Positions 1 to 12,026 of a DNA stretch of 42,112 bases are shown piece after piece. Each line of letters starts with the position of its first letter. The stretch's first letter is position 1. The notes beneath the pieces are model-generated. The model did not search any database. It was not told the DNA's origin and saw nothing but the letters and a program-made list of their open reading frames with translations. A program made the position numbers and the translations under genes. Source of the stretch: Folioceros fuciformis (Eukaryota); NCBI GenBank assembly GCA_049999805.1, contig JBNGIO010006415.1, positions 1 through 42,112 of the forward strand, read 5' to 3'.

Positions 1-2
1 CA

Positions 3-260
3 TTGCTCGAGAAAGAATCCAGCAGAATCGGCACCTCACGCAATAATGTTGAGGTAAGCCACGCCCTCTTCACTTCCAGAGGTCGAGGAAATAGGTGTGG
101 TAAAGGACGAGGAGGTTTCCCCAAGTGAAGAGGCCCACCTTCTCCAAGCTTCTCGGGCTTCCCAAGTCGACAATTTTCACAAAACAGATCATTTGACAGA
201 AGATCAGCCAAACGAGCATGTAACTGGTGCAAAAATCTTGGTCACTACAAAACTATCTAG
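3..260 (+). mobile_element. Degenerate Ty1/copia gag fragment (RG-rich linker plus partial zinc knuckle)
   Basis: The frame from nt 3 reads LLEKESSR...SRGRGNRCGKGRGGFPK*...KRACNWCKNLGHYKTI*. The CxxCxxxxH motif resembles the CNWCRFPGH knuckle of the copia element at ~25660. One internal stop. Confidence 0.65.
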
Positions 261-1058
261 AGCCACTAATTAAATAACTACTTAATGCCCTAGATCTAAA
301 TTATTGTTTAAGTAAAGGTACCCTATGAATATGAATAGTGAATAGTGCGCTAAACTAGATATATTTCATCACTCCCACTCAAATGTTGGGGTGAAAACTA
401 GCTTTAAAATAGCCTAAAAAAATACCTAGGCTCCTACTAAATAAAAACTTATTAGCCTAAGAAAATAACTAAACAATTAGGCTTATTTAAGGTAACCAAA
501 CATAAGAGTTTAATAACAAAAAAATAGCCTAAACTAAATGCTGAATTAGCAAGGGAAAATAGGCTTACTCAAAGTTAGATAAAAAAAAATAACCAAAAAA
601 TGGCTAAAAAAAAATGAAATGGATAATGGGGGGCAAGATAAGCCGAAAATGGGCTTATCCAAATATAACTGCCCATAAAACGCCCATTGGTGGGGTAAGG
701 GGGCAGGTACGGCCATTAGGCTGGCCGCGCTCCCTCATGGGTCATAGCCCGTCGCTGTCGGGTGCACGCGCATCTTGCACAAGCACCCAATAGCACCCCG
801 AAGATGGCACCGAGGACGTCTTCAACTCACACACTTTGAGTCTCATGGCGCGCACGCATCGCGGTGTGCCGTTAACACTCTACGCTCAGCACCCATGCGG
901 CGCACAAGCCCGCCATAAGTTATCACAACGCATGCCTCTTAGGAGACGTGTGCCCATGACTAGGGCTAGGCCACAATTTTAGCTAGCCCGTTGCAGATTT
1001 TGATGTTGGGCTCCACGATGTTCTTGAAAATCGCACTATTGGAAATCTTGGAAGCCCA

Positions 1059-2060
1059 ATGTATTGTGTTGGTGATGAATCCAAAGATGTTGAAGGGCGG
1101 GGGAGCGAGTCAAAAGTAGCCATAGGAAACACTATCATCATCACTCTATCTCATGAGACCTTGAAAGCTACAATAGCCACACTTATGAACCCTAGAGAGG
1201 TGAGAACTAACAATGGATGGGTGGTTCGGCAACTGATTTCAACACAATTGGTTGGGTTGGCCAAATGGATCCTATGCTTTCTTGTAGAGTAAGAAGTTAG
1301 ACTATATGGCTAACCATTTTCTGGTCTTTCTCCATGAGGTGGTCAGTGGTACACAAGTGGACTGGAATCGAATTACTTTCGAGCATGCCCGTGAGGAGAG
1401 TCAATTTGTTGATGGCTTCTCCCTGTCCCTCCCTCATCACACCCTTCTTTATTCACCTTTTCGCTCACACCAAGTGCTTAACATAGTGGAAGTAGTTTAT
1501 TCACCTTTTCGCTCACACCGAGTGCTTAACATAGTGGTGCTTAACATAGTGGAAGTAGTTTATTCACCTTTCCGCTCACACCGAGTGCTTAACATAGTGG
1601 AAGTAGTTTATTCACCTTTTCGCTCACACCAAGTGCTTAACATAGTGGAAGTAAAGTATTCTCTTCATAGTTGGAAGGGAGTCAGAGAAGTCAAGGTTGA
1701 GGAGGAAGAGCCTAAAGATGTCTTGGGGAGGACTCCAACAGTTGGGAACTTGAGCCGACACGGGATTCCGAGGGCGAAATCGCGACGACCAGGAAGAGGA
1801 AAGGCCAGGCAACAGGGTAGAGCGTGGTGAAGAGAGAGAAGACCATAGCAGGCGAATATGGGGTGGCAACCCCGACTTGGATCACCAGATCCAAGGCTGC
1901 CACGAACCCACGAGAAGAACATGGAAAAGCTAAAAGGCAGGCTGCCCCCTCCGCGATGCTGAAAAATGAAATGCCAGGGGTTAATGATTTAGTAGCTAGC
2001 GGATTCAGTAGGAAGCCTTGGTGAATTAGGTGAAGACGGACCATGCTACAATAGAGGAGC
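1059..2060 (+). mobile_element. Broken ORF of probable retrotransposon origin; no catalytic domain recognised
   Basis: Overlapping frameshifted ORFs (1059-1292, 1306-1830, 1824-2024) with no intron structure, lying between gag and protease remnants. The segment FLHEVVSGTQVDWNRITFEHAREE resembles TE-associated accessory ORFs (inference). Confidence 0.35.
1450..1653 (+). repeat. 48-bp tandem repeat, 4 copies (YSPFRSHQ/RVLNIVEVV)
   Basis: Unit TATTCACCTTTTCGCTCACACCRAGTGCTTAACATAGTGGAAGTAGTT starts at 1450, 1498, 1561 and 1609. Copy 2 carries an extra 15-bp internal duplication. Confidence 0.95.
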
Positions 2061-2339
2061 TTCAAAAAGAAATTTCCCGAGCCTAGGAGCTAGCAACAAC
2101 ATTGGAGAAATTCAAAAGGCTGGCCGAAGTATAAAAGGGAACGAGATGATGCAAGAGCCAAGGTTAGGAGTGAGGCAGGAAGACCGAAGAAGGGAAAGGG
2201 TTCACCTGCCGTGGTGGTCGAGAGCTATATGACATAGCTCTGCAATTGTTGTGGCTAGTGGAAGTGGGTGCTCTGCACCTGTGAGGAAGAGAACACACAA
2301 CCCATAGCCATCACACCCATGCTTGAGTGTGATGGCTAC

Positions 2340-2555
2340 GGGCTGAATAGTCTCCCCACACACAGGTTCCACAGCACTAGACGCTGTCTGGATGTTCTAG
2401 TGTGAAGGGCAGAGTGTCATTCCTTGTGAGTGGAGCCTAGCTGCAAGGGTCTTGCTAATGATGATTGGTTGTGCCCCTGCGTCCAAGAGCACGAGCCTGG
2501 GGGCATAACCGTTCACACTAACATGCCCCTCCCTGTTGTCGACCAAGGGCATTGC
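2340..2555 (-). mobile_element. Retropepsin (LTR-retrotransposon aspartic protease) remnant
   Basis: The minus strand reads MPLVDNREGHVSVNGYAPRLVLLDAGAQPIIISKTLAARL...*NIQTASSAVEPVCGET. This has an LD(S/T)GA-like active site and a flap-like IQTA segment, with one stop. Confidence 0.65.
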
Positions 2556-2842
2556 CCACTTGCACTTTCATGCAATTAGTGGGCTGAATGCGTGGATGCT
2601 CTCCGGTATCCTGCGCGTGTTGGGACACGCAGGCGCGCACTTGCCCTCCAGATGGTTGGTGAACCTATCGATTGGAAGACAGTGCCTTGTTATGCCCACC
2701 CTTGAACTACCAGATGCTGCTGTCCATGTGAAGTTCTCCAAAGGTGCCGAGTGCGGGTGTGTAGACTCCGCATGTGCAAGCTCTCCCAGCTCTCTTGAGT
2801 ATGGTATAGTGTGGTCGCTTTAGCTATTGCCAAGCCCAGCAC

Positions 2843-3357
2843 TTACTGTAGCTGAGTGTGGTCAACTCCCATTCTGGTTTCAATGCTCATTCGTACATGA
2901 TCGACAATAAGACTTTGGTGAGTCCCATCAATATTGAGTTGCTCCATGAAATTCTTAATGCCCCCCATCGAATCCTAAGACAACACACAGCAAACACACA
3001 GGCAACACATGGCCGAGTAGCTCAAACAGCTCCCGTCCTCCCCTCACAACGCACTGCTTTTTCCACCACCACAGTTAGTCAAAGTCCTTCAATTCCACAG
3101 ATGGCAGCAAACTTCTGACAGTCTTCACTCACCTCGTCCCTGCGCTTGGAGGCCTGGTGCACTGCAGAGCTCATCGTTTTCTGGTCGTCCCCCTGCGGCT
3201 GGAACTCCACATCCAGGCCGCATCGAGCTCCTTGGCCCTGAAACCCTCTGCCGCTGGAATTCCTCCCGACCGGCATTACGCCGCCGCCCGCTCTGCACCA
3301 ACGCCAGCCGACACCTGCTGCGGCCCGCATCGCATCTGTGATTGCCTTGGCCGCCAT
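2843..3357 (-). CDS. Possible small two-exon gene or gene fragment (exons 3357-3133, 2974-2843), product unknown
   Basis: ATG at 3357; donor GAG|GTGAGT; acceptor TTGTCTTAG|GAT; 158-bp intron with compatible phase 0; N-terminus resembles a targeting peptide. No family recognised. Confidence 0.3.
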
Positions 3358-3669
3358 CGTAGGCCAGCGCTACCGGGACAGTCCGCGACAAGGAGACAAC
3401 TGGACGAAAGGGCAACGAGGGCCAACGGGGGAGTCGGATCTAAGAGGTTTGGGGCCCTTGCAAGCTCAATGCTGTTAACGAGTTTGTTTGATTTCAGGCA
3501 TAGAAAATTTCATCTGGGCCTGCTCATCGGCTTGACATTTACGATAAAAATTAAAACATAACATTACAAACGATATCTCCCCCGTTCAAGCGTTACGCTG
3601 CGCCACCTATAACGCGGCCCAGCGATATACGGATGCGCCTGCCAAGATAGATTCTGGTGGCGCCTAAAC

Positions 3670-3689
3670 TAGGGTTTAGGGGTTTAGGG
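3670..3689 (+). promoter_or_regulatory. Short interstitial telomere-like motif / telo-box pair
   Basis: TAGGGTTTAGGGGTTTAGGG (TTTAGGG-type units). Confidence 0.5.
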
Positions 3690-3800
3690 TGTTTTCCGGA
3701 ACAAGCTAACTCCGACATCACGCTCTTCACACCGATCCAGGTCGCTGCTCGATCCCTGCTGAAGGCCACGACCATGGACTGTACTCCACTCAGGGTTCAA

Positions 3801-4475
3801 TCAGCCCCAAGCCACTGTACATGCATAATTGATAACCATTTTCCCATCGATACCAAAGTTCTGCATCCTCCAACGAGTTGCGGGTCAGTCCATTTACTGC
3901 ACTCGTCTCATTGGCTCAGGTCGTAAGAACATCATTCTCCTTCCTTCCTACTCAGAGTCTTACCTCGAACTTGTCTCAGTCCGACACAAGTTCGTCGGGA
4001 TTGGGGGCAAAAGCGCCATTGACGTATAGAAACTTCACACGCGAGCAGTAAGCAGTTACGTTCCAGGTTCAAGGGTGCAAAAATGGTCCGCGCCAGGACT
4101 TCACACATCTCACTTACCACAGTCTCTCGATGTAGCTGCTTCCGGAGGAAGTCTATGCATAAGCATAAACCTTGGCAAACTTCTCGGAGGCTCCAATCTA
4201 GCCCAACGATTCAAAAAACAGCTTTCAGTGTTCCTCGCACACGGGCAAAAATCCTCAATCCTCATCCCAAATTATCATGGATGCAGACCTTGAACTTGGA
4301 CTGCTTAAGGTTAAGGATGGGAGCATCTCCAGTCGCGCGAAATAGCACCACCACTGCACTGCATAAGACGACTGGTGTTGAGGATAAAATCACAACCTCC
4401 AACCCGTGCTACACCAAAAAGCAATGAAACATGGACACCTTCGAGAGGAGCCGACGGCTGAGGTGAGGATTCCAT
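3801..4475 (-). pseudogene. ATG12: Autophagy protein ATG12, disabled copy (exons 4475-4439, 4353-4289, 4197-4118, 4032-3964, 3860-3801)
   Basis: Spliced translation MESSPQPSAPLEVVVLFRATGDAPIL(NL)[70 protein letters not shown] matches plant ATG12, including the C-terminal AWG. Exon 3 has an 11-bp frameshifting insertion; exon 4 has a TGA at 3976-3978. Confidence 0.92.
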
Positions 4476-6021
4476 CACCCTCTGGATATTGCAGCAGAAG
4501 TAATGCGCGGGTAAAGCAGGGCTTTGCACTTTCGGAGTTTCAATCCTGTTGTATTCTGAGATCTGAATCAAATAGCCAGTCCAAGTAGGAAGGAGTACTT
4601 GAGCAGCACGCGCGACGAGAGAAAGCTTCTTGCGCACGGGAGACCCGTGTCCGCAATGTCACTCTCTCACTCGGTCACCTTCAGCTCTTGGCACTCACAG
4701 CGCTTTGTCTGTGCTTAACATGCAGAACTGCGCCCTGGCTCCTGCCTGTGTTGGCCTCCTCCACTACTTCACAGCCTGGTCTGCTCCTCATTTCCTGCAT
4801 GACAATTCCTCATGTAAGCACTGACGAGTTGTGGCCATGCGACTGCGTGGTCCTCACCATAGGTCCTGGTGCTGTGGTGCAGCGTTGGGCGGTGCCGTCC
4901 ATTTATTTGCCAAGGCTTCCTCCTCAAAAGAACCCATCCACCCCCTCCGTGCCCACGACATACTACACTCTGCTTTCTACTTGTAGCCATCCCCTGCCAA
5001 AGACAAACGGCTTTCCCGTCAAATCTGTTTCCCTGGCTGGCTACGCAACCGGATCGACTCAGAAACCCAGCAAATCTTGCATCCCACCCACGTGTTGATC
5101 CCAGCCGCTTGGCTGAGACAGAACAGCGTCCCCCCTCTGATATCACACCTGCCCACGGGAGGCCTGGTGCTTTCGCAAAGTGCCACAACAGGACCCGGCG
5201 AGAGCGAAATTTTTAAAAGGGAATGCATTGAACACCAAACCTTCTCATTCTCAGGAGCAAGGTTGACCTCTCTGCAATGACACCTGTCTTGTGCTATACC
5301 GTTGTCCAGCGCCGCGTTCTCTCCTATCAACACTGGGCCTTCACATACATGTGGGTCTACACAATCTGGCGTAGCGCACTGGAAGAAGGTCTTGCCACTC
5401 GGGGTGTCACACAAGCCAAGCTCCATCAACCAACCTGCGTTTCATGTCTCAGTTACATATCGATCCACCTTGCCGGATGCTTCGTGAAATCTGGCCCGCC
5501 ATCATCTACACCCCTAGAAAACTCCCCTGACACCTGCAAAACCGGCACCATCAGGTTCAGGGACACAAGCCTCCGAATCCGTGGGATCACATGGAAGCGT
5601 TTTCTACCACTTTGCACCATCGTAATGGTCATTCGTGGTCTGGACTGATGCGCGTGATTTTCGGGCCAAGAGGACGCACTCCCACTGCTGTACGTGCACT
5701 GCCACGACGTACACAATTATCTGATCCAGCCTCTGGTGAAACATGATCCCAGGTGGGCCAGAGAATTCAATCCTTTTCCACACACAACTACTGCACACAC
5801 CTACGCCCGCAGAGGACCTTTTCAAAGTAGGTGGGAAGAATGTTGTTACAAGCTAGCTACTCTACAAACAGTTGGGAACAAAAAGCTTCACACCTTCACA
5901 GAGGGGAAGCACGGAACTGTAAGAACCGTGCACATCTAAGAAGGATATATCTAGATACAAATGGGAGAGCAAGACTGGCTCAGGATCTGCTGAACCAGTT
6001 CACCGTACTGTGGTTCCAGCA

Positions 6022-9000
6022 TCAACTGGAGCAACTGAGGACGTGGACAATCGCTCCATCAACCCTTCTGGTTGCTTCAGCCCTGAAAAATGTTACAAGG
6101 TCACCACTATCACTTCTGAACACATCTGCAACAGGCGAGGAACGACGAAGATACACCAAAAGCCAATGTCACACCATGACAATTACCGGCAAGCTCGCTC
6201 GATGGAATCTCTGTCAAGGAGTCCGATCACGAATCGGTCAGTCCCTTCAGACCTTGCCACAACAGGAACCTGCCTTATCCCTCGGCTGATCATCTTCATT
6301 TCAGCTGCTCGAAGACTCATATCATCATAGGCAGTCACTGATGTACCAGTGGACCAATTCTTGCACACCTTCGAAACAGGTCTCTCTTCCGTTTGCTACA
6401 CAAGTAAACATGTCAGCGTTTAGCATTTGACTAAGGGAGCTACTCATCACATGTGAAGAGCTCAAAGCAGTGTTTGGTCATTTGCCCTGGTGCTGCTCAC
6501 TTTCCGTGCTTCTTGCTGAACATCTCCTAGAGTCAAAATCCCTTCAAGGAGTCCATTCTTGCCTATTATCAACACACACCACTCTCTTTGATCTATCATC
6601 ACCGACACCGCTGCTTTGACGGAGGATTCAGGCGAGACAACAGCATACTCTCTCCTCATGGCTGCAGAAACCGGGATCTGTCCTCGAAGTTGCTCATCAT
6701 TGACTTCCAGGTTCAAGGGAAGTGAAGCATCTAACGTCCAAATCATTTCTTCACCAGAAACGGCCTCGTCCCTTGCAGTACCATTGACCCGGCCCCTGCT
6801 TGGCAACAACCTTCCTGATGCAGTTCTCTTACTTGAACCCTGAGTGCTTTTCGGGGAGGTTGCTGTAGATGCGACCCAACAGGAGAGCCCCACTGCCGCC
6901 ATGAGTGGTATTATAATGCGATAGTCACGGGTCAGTTCGAAGAGGAGCAAGACAGATGTAAAAGGCACTTGACATACACCTGCAAGAGTGGCTGCCATGC
7001 CAACCTGTTCGAGATTCAACATCTACTGCATTAGTATTTGCAATACCCTTCATTGCAAAACACCAAGAGCATGACAGGAAGACTGTCCTACCAGAGCATA
7101 TGCTTGAGGGGCTGCAACCGTGACGAAACTGATATGGTACATCGACTCTGCCTGTGCTACGACATAATTCACCAGGGTTCCATATGCGGATCCTAGAGCA
7201 GCACCGATGAACAACGAAGGAGCATAGACTCCACCAACCAATCCTGATCCCCTGCACAATGATGTAGCGACCACCTTTGCCCCAACCAGCTGAAGCATCA
7301 AACCTGCTGATGGACCCTCAGCCCATGGCATTCTTGATCTGAGGAGAACTTCCACATTCTCAAATCCCCAGTACAGTATCTCAGGATAGGCCAGTGCAAT
7401 CAATCCCACTGACAGTCCTCCCAGGGAGGGGAATATTACAGCAGGTACACCACGTGCCTTCAGACCATCAAAAGCAGAAGTCGCGTAAGCTGAGCCCGAA
7501 AGGAGACAAACGGAAACGAATCCACAAAGGATACCAAGCAGAAGATACAGTGGGAGCTCTGCAAAAGAGGGAGATGATTTGTCATGAGCCCTCCGCATAC
7601 AAGTTTGTCGGGCTAGAATTGTGCACTAAGTCATATGCAAATTACTACCAGCGTGAAGTATGGTACTTACCCGCAGCAGAGCGAAATTCATAGGCAGGAG
7701 TCCTGAACGCAGGATCGGATCCCAAACCCGCTTGGGATACAACAGAGGCGAGCACGGAACCAAGAATAATTGTGGCCGTGGTTAACGAGGATGAGTTCTG
7801 TCCAGATAGTGGACGAAGAACCGACTCCAGAGCAAAAAAGCAGCCGGCGACGGCAGCATTGAAACCTGAAGACCAATACCCATTGGTACACACAATAGGA
7901 CGCGGTGGACAGCAGAACTCGAACTTCCACACCTACAACCAACGTGCCGCTACACAACGTCGGGCAGTGCCCTACACACAGAGAGCTCACCTCACCTGAA
8001 GCAATGCCAGCTGCAGACCCAGCTGCTTTAAACGATAATTTTCGTTCGCTGCCACTCTTCAGCAGGTCTCCGATCCCTGATGCAATGGATGCACCAATTT
8101 CCACACTAGGACCCTCAGGACCAAGAGAATTTCCCGTCCCGAGCGTGACAGCTGCAGCAACGGCTTTCACTACAGGCCTGAAGAAAGCCTTCACCCATGA
8201 GATAAATGAGACATTTCCCTCGTCATTAGTCTCTTCCCCAGCAGAAACTTCCAACTTTTTCCTTATCGTATTTAAAACGCCGACAGCTAGACCACCACCA
8301 ACGGGAATGAGGATGATATGCTGCCATTTATGTTCAATAGGTTGGGCTCTAAGCCACGACGGTCCGTAAACTCCCTCCCACATTAGCTCATGTATGCCGT
8401 GCTCCTGCATTGACGAAGAGAGACTTGCTGAAAACAGTGTCGTGTCTTGAACTCACAGTTAGAGATCTCAAAGCGAAACCCCGCAACGAGGCCAGCTGGC
8501 AGAGAGCAAGCAATAGAAAAGCAAGGGCTGAGAAATCCACCTCACCCCAACATTGAACAGAACAACGCCAGCTCCAGTAAGGACGCCAATCATGCAGGCA
8601 ATGAGGAGGATGAAGCCTTCAGGAGGCAGGGATTCAGAAGAAGAATCTACTATCTCAGCCTTCGGGTCCACAGCAACTGATTCGTTCGCTTGACCCGCAC
8701 CTTGCCCACCATCTTCTCCCTGTTGAAGCTCATTATCAGGGTCATCCAGCAACAAAACTTGTGGTTTTTCTCCCGCCCTCAGAATCCTTATATCGCCAAA
8801 GTTCGACCTCACAAAAAGCGTTGTCGACTTCAAATTTCTACTGTTCCTCCAAACTGAAGGCGTCACAACCCAACTCTGTTTAACTGGCAGACGAAATCCT
8901 TTGGGCAAGAGGCGAGAGCAGTCCATGACAAGAAGCCCCTTCCTCCGCCCGACTGGTCGAGGTCCATTCCAATGGGACATCAACCGTGAGCCAGTCACGG

Positions 9001-9289
9001 ACAGGGCTCTGGACATCACATCCTGCGCCGAATTCGTCATGCCCTCCAAGCATCTGAAGCCACAACCTTTTCCCGCAACATAACCCAAGCCTACAGCATT
9101 CAGCCCTCCAGGGTGCTGACCACTCAGCACAGCACCGTCCGCCCTCAGCACAGTTATGAAGCCAGAAACCCAAGCTTCATTCCCTCCTTTCCGCAAGTAC
9201 TTCACATCATTCCAGGAACTCCTGCCCGGCTCAATGGCGTAACGTGCCCTGACAGCAGAAGCGGGGAAGACGCTGCTACAGGAGGTCAT
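6022..9289 (-). CDS. CLC-e: CLC chloride channel, CLC-e/f clade (closer to CLC-e), ~860 aa; exons 9289-8546, 8404-7996, 7865-7671, 7558-7092, 7004-6501, 6395-6187, 6082-6022
   Basis: Motifs GNSLGPEGPSVEIG, GFNAAVAGCFFALES, GLVGGVYAPSLFIGA, LLFELTRDY and two CBS-like C-terminal domains. All GT-AG junctions are phase-consistent. The last exon and the start codon are less certain. Confidence 0.93.
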
Positions 9290-9768
9290 CTCGCGCGACG
9301 CTTCTCGCCGTCTAAACGAACCTCCCGTTCTCCAGCGCGTCAGGTCACTCCAACTCCTCACCAACCATCGATCCTCCAGCAGTGGCAAACACGCAATCTG
9401 CAATTAGAGCAAGCATTTTACACCCGCCTCAAACGGATGCCATCCCCGCCTACGACACTGGTGGGCGGTCGTAGGCAGCACCAACCACGTAGTCGACGGC
9501 CTTCTCCAGGAGGCCTGCACATACTTGCGTCACCACAGACATTCGGTGAGCTTCCACAAGTCCATCACTTCCTAGCGATCCCCTCCTCTGACAACTCCGA
9601 CACCCAGTGCCGGCAGTGACCCAATTCTCACAGACAGACTGCCTCCAAATCCATCCCACGAAGGGGCATAAAAACGAGACAGAGCAGTTGCACGAGTGGC
9701 AGACAGCCTCACCATGAAGCCCATCATGTCGAAGTGAGCATTCCATCCACACAATGAGTCCAGTAAGA

Positions 9769-9815
9769 GGCCCAGGTCCCGGTCCCGGGCCCGGGCCCGA
9801 GCCCGGCTCTGAGCC
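9769..9815 (+). repeat. GC-rich hexamer repeat (GGYCCN)n
   Basis: ggcccaggtcccggtcccgggcccgggcccgagcccggctctgagcc, upstream of CLC. Confidence 0.8.
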
Positions 9816-10702
9816 ATGGGCCCCCGAAACGTTTCTCACCCTCAAATTTTCCACCATCACAGTGGTTGACGGGTGGACCTCTCTTTACCAGCGCTGGCTA
9901 TGTGTCTTCCTGCAAAACTGGGCCTCACAGTCCAATGAGAGATCAGCTGACCCCCCGCTTTCCAACAGCCGAACACAGTACCAGGACCCGGCAGTCTCGT
10001 GTCGTATGTGGTGGAGCAACGGTAGTCCATTCGCTGCTCTTACCACCTGGCTTTGGATGACGTATTGGCAGCGTGTCCCTCCCTGGGACAGACGATCCGT
10101 TGGAAGGGGCTGCCGTCGTATCCACAAATGCGGGCGCACAAAGGTAGAAATTTCTCTCCAATTTGTTGACGCGAAAACTCTGATTTGTTTCTCAGCGTCC
10201 GTCCACGCTTCACTTGAAAAGGATAAGATGTATCGATAATCTCACCATTGCCAAACAAAGTAATAATCTATCAAAGAATTAATTAGCCCGCGAGTCTCGT
10301 GAGTGCTATTACAAAAACTAGCTGCAGCCTTGGCCAAAAATACCATGCCTTGAGATAGAGGAATGCCATTCTCCCAAGCTGGTTGTCTTTGTGTAAATTG
10401 CATGCACCAGCATCCTATGCAGAGCAAGACATGCAATCATGTTATCAAAAAAACCTTGAAGGCCATAAGTGAGGATAGTTGAGGGAGACCTTCCCTAATC
10501 TAAGATTGAACTTGTTTGCCTATTGTTGATAACTAGTGCTTGCAAACCAAACATTAGGGCTGTTGGTGTTATATCAATTAATTGACCTCTCTATCTTGCA
10601 AGGAAATTGCTGTGGAGTTTTTTAAAATAATACAAAAACAAGAGCAACTCCTTCTTTCTGGACTTGGAGAAACTCTTGCTGACACTCAATAACATTGAAA
10701 TC

Positions 10703-11879
10703 CTATTCCCTACTTATCCATTTTATAATCTTACGAAATTGTGAACTTATTTTCTTCTTTTTACAAAATGGCAAAGATGATGCAAAAGTAGCCAACTTAT
10801 CTGCAATATTAGAACCACTAGTAGAGTCATTACTAGAGGAGTCACTTAAAGAATGATGCATCACAAAGAGATCATTAGGATTTTGTGGCTCCATGTTTTG
10901 TGTTCGTGGTGATTCAAAAGAAGTTACGTGAGGGGGAACCAATTTTGGCTTCAAAACATCAAGCTCAAAGTGTTGAAAGAGATAGAGTTGTGGACTCCAC
11001 AACATGAAGATCATGCAATAGAGGAGATAAAACATATTCGCTTCACATTATCCGGATCACTTGTGGGGTTATCATTGATTGCTAGGGTACTCAAAAACTT
11101 CTCCATCACCATCAAATCATTCAATGAGCTTGTCTCATACAAGTCCTGTTGATGCAATGAAGAAGTTCCTTGCGACGAAGAAGTTCCTTGCGACGATTGC
11201 ACTTCGTATTCTTCTGTTTTGTCTCCCCAAAATTCTTGTGCTACCTTGGGAAATATTTTCAAGATGAACATCGTAAGTGCATTGTACGTTGCTGGCTCTC
11301 TATGTTTTGCTCGAAGTAATGTCGCCCTCTTATCAGTTGACATATACATGTTCATCAAACCAATCAAAAGTGAAGTACCAACATCTTCAAGGTTGTCAAA
11401 TGCTTCTTGGATTACTTCGTTCATAGCTCTTTTTGCATGATTTGTGTACGCAAATTGAGAAAAGACCATATAACCTTTAAAAGAAAGGTCACATTCTTCT
11501 GCACTAAAAGCATTCAAAGGACTGAATATCTCCATGAGTCTCTCCATAAAGGTTTCGTACATGTTCCACTGTTTGATCAAATGTTGCAATGCTTTTCTTG
11601 CCCACGCAACTTCTGAATCAACCATCATAAATGGGTCTCGAGAGATATAATCAAGTCCATGAGTCAAAGCTTAATAATCCGGTGGGCAGCCATATTGATG
11701 GTAATGAACTCACCATGGCGTAGATCCACTGATCCATGACAATTATCAAATGAAAATTGGAGGACTTTGAGTACACCTGTATTAATAAGTTCCCTGTCTT
11801 TTGTTATACGTTTCGAACTTGAGGTCCAAGGTTGAACCTCATACTTTATAGTAGGCTGATTATCTTTAGAATTTGTCAT
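10703..11879 (-). pseudogene. AT-rich, intronless, frameshifted orphan ORF (~390 aa if rejoined)
   Basis: Three consecutive overlapping minus ORFs (11879-11664, 11667-11011, 11035-10703) can be joined by single frameshifts. Composition is unlike the neighbouring genes. No family recognised. Confidence 0.5.
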
Positions 11880-11949
11880 GTCTTTTATAATTTGATGACC
11901 GCATTTAGTGTATGAAGTTGCTTACACATATATAGACATCTAGTTTTAT

Positions 11950-12026
11950 TTCCTCCATAAGATTTCGATTTGTTGAACATTCATTTCCTCCAAAAGGTCT
12001 CGATTTGTTGAACATTCATTACCTCA
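11950..12026 (+). repeat. 35-bp tandem duplication at the edge of the AT-rich block
   Basis: TTCCTCCA(T/A)AAG..TCGATTTGTTGAACATTCAT at 11950 and 11985, plus a partial third copy. Confidence 0.85.

Noticed and set aside
1450-1653. CRISPR-like array
   Set aside because: The units are contiguous with no unique spacers, the context is eukaryotic and there are no cas genes.
9113-10239. Several 130-170-aa ORFs, including a PG-repeat ORF
   Set aside because: Low complexity in GC-rich promoter-like DNA, with no domain or consistent splice structure.
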